Source of the DNA: Parcubacteria group bacterium LiPW_30
GTDB taxonomy: Bacteria; Patescibacteriota; Minisyncoccia; Phycocordibacterales; VMEP01
Reading direction: 5' to 3'
Length of the DNA stretch: 64,000 nt
Assembly: GCA_007375595.1 (NCBI GenBank)
Contig: VMEP01000001.1
Location: 89,274 to 153,273 of the forward strand
The translations under genes and the position numbers were made by a program. Below, one piece after another: positions 33,722-41,585 of this stretch. The notes under the pieces were generated by a model. It did not search any database and was not told the DNA's origin. It worked only from the letters and a program-made list of their open reading frames with translations. Every line of letters starts with the position of its first letter. Position 1 is the stretch's first letter.

Positions 33722-34453
33722 CTAAAAAGAAATCGTATAAACCAAACTCTCACTACTACCATCTAATTTAAGTAGACCCTCTACCCTTATATCACTGGAC
33801 GACCCATTTGGGATAAAAGTTAAACCATTCTCAACCCCAGACAACAATATATTCTGCCCAATATGCCCTGCTTCTAATAAAATATAACGATAACCCCGAC
33901 TTCCGTATTTACGTGTTGCACGATCAAAAACACTAGCTAGGCAAATCATTCCAAAACCGCCAACCGCCCATTTATCACTTTGATAGGAAAGTATATCGTC
34001 AGAAGAAAAACTTCTTCGCTCAACCAACTCAAGACTATGAGTTTGAAGTTCGTAATGATATACGCCAGATTCTAATTCTTCTATATTTTTAAACAAAATT
34101 AAATATAACTCGACTGAATACCTTGCTCCACCAGAAGGTGCTGTTCTATGAATTGTTCCGTCTTTTCTTTTTATTTCTCCGCAAGCACACTTTAATATTT
34201 TTGATATTTTCTCTAAAGTAACAAAATTGTCTGGTAACGATTTGCGGTCGGACGATCTTTTTTGTAAAAGATTAAATAATTCAGTATTAAAATTATCACT
34301 AAGTTTTATCGGGTCAAAAAATGGAATTTTCTTATACTCTGTGGTTTTCCAACTTATCGGCCACTTTGTTATATCAGCAGGGATTTTTATTAAACCACCC
34401 TCTGTTTTATCTTTAGTTGACCTGTGAAAAAATTTATATAAAAACGGTCTCAT
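33722..34453 (-). CDS. SagB-type (McbC-like) FMN-dependent dehydrogenase, nitroreductase superfamily
   Basis: 243 aa; nitroreductase RRSxR-like KRSSDRK and SagB signature …RTAPSGGARYSVELYLIL…; 4 bp upstream of the ycaO start. Confidence 0.7.
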   Translation of the reverse strand: MRPFLYKFFHRSTKDKTEGGLIKIPADITKWPISWKTTEYKKIPFFDPIKLSDNFNTELFNLLQKRSSDRKSLPDNFVTLEKISKILKCACGEIKRKDGTIHRTAPSGGARYSVELYLILFKNIEELESGVYHYELQTHSLELVERRSFSSDDILSYQSDKWAVGGFGMICLASVFDRATRKYGSRGYRYILLEAGHIGQNILLSGVENGLTFIPNGSSSDIRVEGLLKLDGSSESLVYTISF

Positions 34454-34506
34454 TGCGTGCTCATAATACTACATACGTAAGACTTCAGACAATTTATTAA
34501 AAACAA

Positions 34507-34536
34507 AGCGGGGCGGGTATTAAATATACCCGCCCC
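34507..34536 (-). terminator. terminator after GC-rich gene (GCGGGGCGGGTATTAAATATACCCGCCCCG)
   Basis: 10-bp GC stem; separates the GC-rich islet from the native sagB promoter region. Confidence 0.55.
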
Positions 34537-34565
34537 GGAAAATTCTGAAACACGTACTTTCCTTG

Positions 34566-35010
34566 CTACTTGACGACCTTCTTGAAGACACCGTTGTTGC
34601 GGCCGCCGGAAGGATCATGGTACCTGGCCCACAGCGTATCGCCGTGGTATTCAAAGATACAGGTACCGCTCCTTCGGGGATTGCATAGCCACGACAACTT
34701 GTCGCCCTTGATTTCTGCTCCTTCGAACGGCCATGGGTTCGTGGAGTTGTTTTCTCCGTACGAACCGCTGGCGACACAGTTCGTGCCGACCTCTTTGGCA
34801 TGAAGGCGCATCTCGCCGTAATTGCCGTAATCCCATTTGCCCACCCAAACTCCGACGAAGGCGACGCAATTTGCTGGGACAACAACCTCTGGCACCGACT
34901 TGGTGGCGTCACCTTCACCCGCCGCGAGCATCGTTTTTTGGGCAAAAGAAGGCAGGCCGAAGCCGAGGCAGAGACAAGTGGAAAATAACACCAAAAAACT
35001 CCTGATTTTC
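34566..35010 (-). CDS. small secreted protein of unknown function, compositionally foreign (GC ~53%); start at MKIRSF with GGAGG SD
   Basis: 148 aa; signal peptide MKIRSFLVLFSTCLCLGFGLPSFA; six overlapping spurious ORFs in other frames typical of local high GC. Confidence 0.55.
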
Positions 35011-35140
35011 ATGGCAACCTCCTCTTGATTTAAAATGAGTACCACTCTAAAGGTGCGGTCTTTTGTCACCTATCCATAATTGTACCATATTTTATAAATA
35101 ATGCAAGTACACAAAACCCGAGTGAAACGATTAGTATAAA

Positions 35141-36331
35141 TTACTTAAAATCAGGCTCCGTCCAACCATTAGACATGAGCCATGACTTAAATTCCGGTAC
35201 TTTATTCGCGATTAATAAAACATTCCACTTGCTGTAGATATCCATTCTTACATAATTACTACCTTCTAATTTTTGCTCAAACTTTGAATTTATTATTTTC
35301 TTAATAACACTTCCTTTGTATGAACTAGGTTTCTTTGTGTCAAAATTAAGAATAGGACCTAGTGCCATTTTTATTTCTTCGGAAGTACTTGAATCAAGTA
35401 TTGCCAAAGTTGATGAATTTACAAGAGAGGTGAAAATATTTAACTCAATAACAAAACGAGAGGAATAATCCATTGCAAATGTAAAAATTTCCCGCGATGT
35501 TTTAGCTGAAGTGTGATTGATGCCCATGGCCTCAAGGTAACGAAGGGTGGAGGCATATTGATTTAACCCAACCAAAATATCTCTGGCTGGAATATCGCTT
35601 GATGTTAACTTGCCTTCTAGTATTTTTACAACGTCATCGTTGGATGCAGACAAAAACTCTAACGCTTTTTTTATGTCACGCTCCATATTCTTTAAATAAA
35701 CACCTCTCTCCCCTTCTGGTATTTTCTTTGATCTAATTACTTTGAAATAAGTATTTCCGGCATACTGGTTTGCAGCTGTTGCTAATCCTGCAATATCAAC
35801 ATAACCATGTTTATGCAACACTTCTACGTAAGCAAGGTATATATAAAAAGACACCTCAGTATACGTTTGTGGTAATTTTTTATCCTTTAGTTTAAGAAAC
35901 TCTTCTGGATAAATACCTTCCGCTTCTTTAAGAAAAGAGAGTTCTGGGTGATTTTCTACATAATCATATATTTCATAGATATTACCCCCGTTATCGAAAA
36001 ATCTATGCGTAATGAAATAAGCGGCAGATTTCGTTTCCGCGTCATTAACACCTTTTTTAATATCCTCCACTAAAGATTTCTGAAGGGCTTCAGGTTTATT
36101 CTGTAACAAACTTTCGTAATAAGCTTTATCGTTCTGTAACAAACTTTCGTAATAAGCTTTATCGCGTTGTGCTATTTTGTTTGCCTTATCTTTTTCAAAA
36201 AAATAAAAAACGCTAAAAGAAATAAAGAAAAAAACAACAACTAGCGCAAAAAGGCTAACAAAAACAGCCTTGGATGAGATCTCGCTCACTGGCTCTTCTT
36301 GGTTATAAAAATCACCTTTTATTTCATTCAT
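35141..36331 (-). CDS. hypothetical membrane-anchored protein with internal 11-aa tandem repeat
   Basis: 396 aa; N-terminal TM; RDKAYYESLLQNDKAYYESLLQN from a 33-bp tandem DNA duplication (~36090-36160). Confidence 0.5.
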   Translation of the reverse strand: MNEIKGDFYNQEEPVSEISSKAVFVSLFALVVVFFFISFSVFYFFEKDKANKIAQRDKAYYESLLQNDKAYYESLLQNKPEALQKSLVEDIKKGVNDAETKSAAYFITHRFFDNGGNIYEIYDYVENHPELSFLKEAEGIYPEEFLKLKDKKLPQTYTEVSFYIYLAYVEVLHKHGYVDIAGLATAANQYAGNTYFKVIRSKKIPEGERGVYLKNMERDIKKALEFLSASNDDVVKILEGKLTSSDIPARDILVGLNQYASTLRYLEAMGINHTSAKTSREIFTFAMDYSSRFVIELNIFTSLVNSSTLAILDSSTSEEIKMALGPILNFDTKKPSSYKGSVIKKIINSKFEQKLEGSNYVRMDIYSKWNVLLIANKVPEFKSWLMSNGWTEPDFK

Positions 36332-36334
36332 AAC

Positions 36335-36616
36335 TTAAAATCCACCGTCGCCACTGCTACTACAATCACCGCCACCATCACCGCCACCACTACCCCCATC
36401 ACCATCACCACCACTACCCCCATCACCACCGCCACCAAAAGGATTAAATGGAACATCTGCTTTAGCAACAGGCACAAGGAAAGAGCTGTCTTTTGAGTAG
36501 TTAGAGCTTATGTAACCACCAATAGTTCCCAGTATCCCAGTAACCAAGATACTTAATAAAAATGATGTTTTCTTTTTTGCTTTTTGAATCATATTAGTGG
36601 TAAGTATATCACCCAA
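36335..36616 (-). CDS. small membrane-anchored protein with Gly/Asp/Ser-rich C-terminal tail (GGGGDGGSGGDGDGGSGGGDGGGDCSSSGDGGF)
   Basis: 93 aa; TM segment then low-complexity G/D/S/C tail; 3 bp downstream of the next gene's stop. Confidence 0.4.
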   Translation of the reverse strand: MGDILTTNMIQKAKKKTSFLLSILVTGILGTIGGYISSNYSKDSSFLVPVAKADVPFNPFGGGGDGGSGGDGDGGSGGGDGGGDCSSSGDGGF

Positions 36617-36640
36617 TAGTATATGTTTTGTGGATAACTA

Positions 36641-38578
36641 CTACACACCCTTTATTTTCTTAAGTAAAGAAGCGCCTATTAATATATGAGCTGTAGCATC
36701 AATCCAAACCTCTTGATTTAAATTATCATGGCGAAAACCACCTAAAATTTTCTCCCTAATATTATTTTTAACAAAAAAAGTGTTTTCTTTTGTGTATTGC
36801 ATGTCCATAATCCATAGCATTGTTTTCTCAATCACTTTTTTATTTTTCTCTAAATCCAAAGACAAAACTTCAAATATTTTTCCTGTCCCCCTAACGTAGG
36901 AAAATACCGAGCCATCTAAACTTGGGAAACTACCATCTTTTAACTGTTTCGAAACATACCAATCGTTAATTTTACTAGCATTTTCTAATAGTTCTTTATT
37001 ATTTGTTTTTTTACTTATCTCTTTAAATAAATAAATTAATTCCGGATACCTAGCTAGTTCTAATCTATTTTCCTTAATCCCCTTTTCATAATCTTCTAAA
37101 ACAATCTTAGTAAATTCTTTTGCTTTTTTTAAATAATCATCATCTTGAGACGCGACATCCATAAAATGAATAGCGATCTGTGAATATAAAATCGGCTCAT
37201 AACCTAAGTTGGGAATGAGGCTGATAATCATCTTTTCGCTTTTTTGGGCTTCTTCGTGTTCACCCAAAACAACAGCCAGTCTTCTGTAATAAATTAAAGA
37301 CAGACAACGCGAATATTCGGGAATGTATGGATGGTCATATAAGTTTTCTCTAAGATATAAAAAACTTTTTCTTGCTGGTTCTTTATACAAATCGTTTTTA
37401 GTCGTTTCTCCCCACAAAGAAAGCGCCCATGCTGTCAGAGCTGACCGAACCCAGTCTATTTGACTAATCTTGCCTGAGAGCGGATTTATAATCGGTGGAA
37501 TATTACCATCGCTTTCTTGAATCCTACAAATAAAGTCGGCGCTTTTGTTAACACTCTCGTAAAAACTAGAGTAAATCTCTTCTTCTTTAGTATCATCAAA
37601 ATGATTGTTACTTAAAACAATTGGCCCACTCAAAGATAATGGCTTCTTTTTTGTTGATTCTATAAAATTATCAACTTCAAATATTTCAATTAAAGCGTTC
37701 GGCAAAAAAAGTCTTGAGACACCAATCTTCTTTTCAATAAGGCTTACCAAAAAATCATTTAAACCACTGAATGAAACACAGTTAAAAACAGCTGGTAAAA
37801 ACCAACCCCGTCTACCGCCTACCGACATAAGATAGCCTTTTTCTGTATAAATAAAATTTGATGCTTTTTCCTTTTTTAAAAGCGGGATCCTTAAGCTAGA
37901 GAGAATTGCGATTTCAATCGTTGTGCTATTTAGCTCTTCAAACGAAACTGGTTTAAACCTTTCATCCCTACAGGCAAGTATCGTTGCCTCTTCAATAGCA
38001 CCCCCAAGCGGTAAACTCTCGATTATACGAGAACCGCGTAACTCACCACCAACCCACAAAGCAACGTCAACGTTCACTTTTTGAGAAAACCGACCTGTGG
38101 TAATTTTTGGCAAATCTTCCCTGTTGCCACCTTTTTTCAAAAAATTTTCTAAGATATGTCTAGAATGATTAAGTGCTTCTTCTTTTTCTTTTTCTTTTAA
38201 GCCGAAACGAATTGGTAAATTATCACTATGGTATTTTTCTTTATTTTCCCAAATCTCGAATTCGTTAGATAAAAAAATACTTTGCCAATCACTGGCGGAA
38301 CTAAAGTTGTTTTTCTCAAGAGCTTCATTAAGCCCGCCTTTTCTACAAAAAATAAAGGATGGTTTTTGTTTTGTTTTATCAAAAAAATTACCCTTCAAGA
38401 ACCTTTCTTGATGTGGAAGATCAATAAACACAACTTCATTTTCTAGTGAATTTTTTAAAAGCCAAGAAGAAAAAGCATTTATCTGCCTTAAATAATAGAT
38501 ATCGTTAAGTGTCTCAAAAAGATTAAGAAAAAACATAGATATTGTTGTAATTAGGCTTAATTGTATATACCAACACAT
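36641..38578 (-). CDS. multidomain protein: AMMECR1 domain fused to a C-terminal alpha/alpha-toroid-like domain
   Basis: 645 aa; AMMECR1 signature …VALWVGGELRGSRIIESLPLGGAIEEATILACRDERFKPV…GYLMSVGGRRGWFLPAV…; the C-terminal half has repeated (Q/K)xxDG(S/N) helical-repeat motifs. Confidence 0.5.
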   Translation of the reverse strand: MCWYIQLSLITTISMFFLNLFETLNDIYYLRQINAFSSWLLKNSLENEVVFIDLPHQERFLKGNFFDKTKQKPSFIFCRKGGLNEALEKNNFSSASDWQSIFLSNEFEIWENKEKYHSDNLPIRFGLKEKEKEEALNHSRHILENFLKKGGNREDLPKITTGRFSQKVNVDVALWVGGELRGSRIIESLPLGGAIEEATILACRDERFKPVSFEELNSTTIEIAILSSLRIPLLKKEKASNFIYTEKGYLMSVGGRRGWFLPAVFNCVSFSGLNDFLVSLIEKKIGVSRLFLPNALIEIFEVDNFIESTKKKPLSLSGPIVLSNNHFDDTKEEEIYSSFYESVNKSADFICRIQESDGNIPPIINPLSGKISQIDWVRSALTAWALSLWGETTKNDLYKEPARKSFLYLRENLYDHPYIPEYSRCLSLIYYRRLAVVLGEHEEAQKSEKMIISLIPNLGYEPILYSQIAIHFMDVASQDDDYLKKAKEFTKIVLEDYEKGIKENRLELARYPELIYLFKEISKKTNNKELLENASKINDWYVSKQLKDGSFPSLDGSVFSYVRGTGKIFEVLSLDLEKNKKVIEKTMLWIMDMQYTKENTFFVKNNIREKILGGFRHDNLNQEVWIDATAHILIGASLLKKIKGV

Positions 38579-38597
38579 TCGTTGTAAAATTCACACA

Positions 38598-40250
38598 ATG
38601 CCAAACGAAACAGAAACCGGAAAACTAAAAATAAAGGAAATCATAGAAAAAGAGGTTTTTGTAACAAAAGACAAAGAAAGAATTGTCGACCAAAATGGAG
38701 TAGACAATAGCTGGCTCTTTGATTTTAGGCGTGTTTTTTTAAGAGCAGATATCCTTGATACGGTAAGCGAATTATTTTGGGAAAAAATAAAAAATGAATA
38801 CCCTTTCCAAATAGGTGGCGTTGAAGTTGCCTCTATCCCCCTTATTACCTCTTTTGTTTTGAAAACTAAAGAAAAAGGCAAAATATCAAATGGTTTTTTT
38901 ATACGTAAATCACGTAAAAAAAGTGGTTTACTAAAAATGATTGAGGGAGAAATATCTAACGAAAAAATCATTTTGGTTGACGACATCTTAAATACCGGGA
39001 AAAGTTTTATTAGACAAGTTGAGGTTATTGAGGCGCTTGGCAAAAAAGTTAGTGCGGTATTTGTTGTCTTAAGATTTAGAGATTTACAATATTATGAATA
39101 TTTTAACGAACGTGGAATAAAAATTATCTCTCTTTTTGAGATTAATGATTTCAAGGACACACTAAAAATAGAAAATCTTATTAAATACGAAGAAAGACAA
39201 ACACCGATGCCATTTGAAACAGAGTGGTATTTCAAGAGCGAAAATCCAGACTACTTTAAGGTCATTCCAAAATCTCTACCAGCAATAGATAATGAAAAAA
39301 TTTATTTCGGTGGAGATAATGGAACTTTCTGGGCGTTAAATCAATCAAACGGAAACATAGCATGGAAATATAAAATTCTGTTTGGCGACAAAACAAAAAA
39401 AGTTTTTTCTTCGCCGATCGTCGACAATAATACTGTTTACTTTGGCGCCAACGACGGAAATTTTTATGCACTAGATTCAGAAAATGGAAAACGTAAATGG
39501 GTATTCATGGAAGCAGATTGGGTGGCCTCCTCTCCATGCATATCAAAAAGTTTAAATAGTATCTTTGTTGGACTAGAGTTTGGATTATGGGGAAAGCAAG
39601 GATGTCTTGTAGCCCTAGATTTAAATACAGGTAAAAAGAAGTGGGAATTTTCAATGTCTCAAATATCTTACTCATCACCCGCCTATTCTACGGAATCGAA
39701 CATAGTTGTTTGTGGTAATAATAATTATTCTGTTTATGGATTAGATGCAAAAACAGGAAAATTGGTCTGGGAATTTAAGACAGATGGTGAAGTAAAAGAA
39801 TCTTTCGCCTTTGACGAAAAACGTGGGTTAGTAGTTTTTGGTTCATTTGATTCGTATGTATATATTTTGGAAGCAAAAACAGGAAAACTTGTTCATAAAA
39901 CAAAGACAAATGAGGCAATATATTCTACTCCGTTGGTCCATGATGATTTTGTATACGTAGCTTCGCTTGATAAAAATCTATATTGCATTGATTTAAAAAA
40001 TGGCGCAATTGTATGGAGTTTTGCGACAAATGGCAGAATTTTTTCTTCTCCTGAAATAATTAACGACAAGATATATATTGGCTCAAATGATGGAAGACTA
40101 TATGAACTTGATAAAAAGACAGGAGAGAACACCGCTCTTTTCCAAGCAACTGAGCGGATAACAAACAAGGTCGTTTATAGTAAAAAAACCGATAGAATAT
40201 TTCTAACAACTTTTGCCAATGAGATTTATTGTTTAAAAAAGAATCTCTAA
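38598..40250 (+). CDS. fusion protein: type I phosphoribosyltransferase domain + PQQ-repeat beta-propeller
   Basis: 550 aa; PRTase PRPP-binding motif KIILVDDILNTGKSF; ≥7 PQQ-like repeats (…YALD..NGK..W…, …YGLDAKTGKLVWEF…). Confidence 0.6.
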   Translation: MPNETETGKLKIKEIIEKEVFVTKDKERIVDQNGVDNSWLFDFRRVFLRADILDTVSELFWEKIKNEYPFQIGGVEVASIPLITSFVLKTKEKGKISNGFFIRKSRKKSGLLKMIEGEISNEKIILVDDILNTGKSFIRQVEVIEALGKKVSAVFVVLRFRDLQYYEYFNERGIKIISLFEINDFKDTLKIENLIKYEERQTPMPFETEWYFKSENPDYFKVIPKSLPAIDNEKIYFGGDNGTFWALNQSNGNIAWKYKILFGDKTKKVFSSPIVDNNTVYFGANDGNFYALDSENGKRKWVFMEADWVASSPCISKSLNSIFVGLEFGLWGKQGCLVALDLNTGKKKWEFSMSQISYSSPAYSTESNIVVCGNNNYSVYGLDAKTGKLVWEFKTDGEVKESFAFDEKRGLVVFGSFDSYVYILEAKTGKLVHKTKTNEAIYSTPLVHDDFVYVASLDKNLYCIDLKNGAIVWSFATNGRIFSSPEIINDKIYIGSNDGRLYELDKKTGENTALFQATERITNKVVYSKKTDRIFLTTFANEIYCLKKNL

Positions 40251-40257
40251 AATTAGT

Positions 40258-41583
40258 CTAATTACCAATTGCACTTGAGATTTTGTTTTCCAATTCCGTA
40301 ATCAAAACACGTTCCTGTTCCCCGTTATCACGATTGCGTATTGTCACCGTGCCGTCTTCTAAGGTATCAAAATCAATCGTCACGCAAAACGGTGTACCAA
40401 TTTCATCTTGTCGGCGGTAACGCTTACCAATATTTCCATTGTCATCCCAAGCAACACGAGGAATTACTTTTTTTAAGTTTGTATAAACTTCACGCGCCTT
40501 TTCGATAAGCTCTGGTTTATTTTTCAAAAGAGGAAATACAGCAACAATAACAGGCGCAATACTTGGAGATAATTTTAAATAAACGCGAGTTTCACCGCCA
40601 AGATTATCTTCTGTGTAAGCGCTGGTTAAAACAGCAAGAACTGTTCGTTCAACACCAAATGATGGCTCAATAACATGTGGAACATATCTTTCTTTTGTTT
40701 CTTCGTCATAGTAAGACAAGTCAGTACCACTTCCTTTTGAGTGCGCAGTTAAGTCAAAATCGGTTCTGTATGCCAAACCATAAAGCTCTTTACGCCCAAA
40801 AGGGAAATCAAACTCAAAATCAATTGTTCGCTTAGAGTAATGCGCGCGGTCACCATCCCCCACTTCAAGTTCGTAAACATTTTCTTCTTTGATACCAACC
40901 TCTTTAATCCAACCCTTCATCGCTAAACGAAATTTCTCAAAGGCATTTTCCCATTCAAGAGGTTTTACGAAATACTCAATCTCCATTTGCTCAAACTCAC
41001 GCGCGCGAAAAATAAAATCTCTAGGAGCAATTTCGTTTCTAAAAGCTTTACCAGTTTGCGCCGTGCCAAAAGGTAATCGTGGATGAAAACTATCTACAAC
41101 ATTTTTAAAGTTAACAAACATTCCCCCGGCGGTTTCTGGACGCAAATAAACTACAGATGATTCATCTTCTGTCGCGCCGGCATTTGTCTTGAACATCATG
41201 TTGAACTGCCTCTCTCCCCCGAGCTTCCCACCACATTCTCCACACTTCTCTTTATTCTCTAATGTATCTGCACGAAATCTTTTTTTACATTTATCGCACT
41301 CAGTAAGCGGATCGGAAAAACCAGACACATGACCAGATGAATCCCAGACTTTTGGATTCATTAAAATCGCGGCATCAACTCCATACATATCTTCTTTTTC
41401 TTCGACAAATCTTTTCCACCATAAATTAATTATGTTTCGTTTTAAGGCGACACCAAGTGGGCCGTAGTCCCATGTACCAGCAAGGCCTCCGTAAATTTCC
41501 GAACCTTGATATATAAACCCGCGTCGCTTACAAAGCGACACAATTTTCTCCATAAGCCCTTCTTCTTTTTTGTTGTCAGACAT
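40258..41583 (-). CDS. glyQS: glycyl-tRNA synthetase (alpha2 type)
   Basis: 441 aa; MEKIVSLCKRRGFIYQGSEIYGGLAGTWDYGPLG… canonical GlyQS N-terminus; class II motifs. Confidence 0.9.
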   Translation of the reverse strand: MSDNKKEEGLMEKIVSLCKRRGFIYQGSEIYGGLAGTWDYGPLGVALKRNIINLWWKRFVEEKEDMYGVDAAILMNPKVWDSSGHVSGFSDPLTECDKCKKRFRADTLENKEKCGECGGKLGGERQFNMMFKTNAGATEDESSVVYLRPETAGGMFVNFKNVVDSFHPRLPFGTAQTGKAFRNEIAPRDFIFRAREFEQMEIEYFVKPLEWENAFEKFRLAMKGWIKEVGIKEENVYELEVGDGDRAHYSKRTIDFEFDFPFGRKELYGLAYRTDFDLTAHSKGSGTDLSYYDEETKERYVPHVIEPSFGVERTVLAVLTSAYTEDNLGGETRVYLKLSPSIAPVIVAVFPLLKNKPELIEKAREVYTNLKKVIPRVAWDDNGNIGKRYRRQDEIGTPFCVTIDFDTLEDGTVTIRNRDNGEQERVLITELENKISSAIGN

Positions 41584-41585
41584 GT

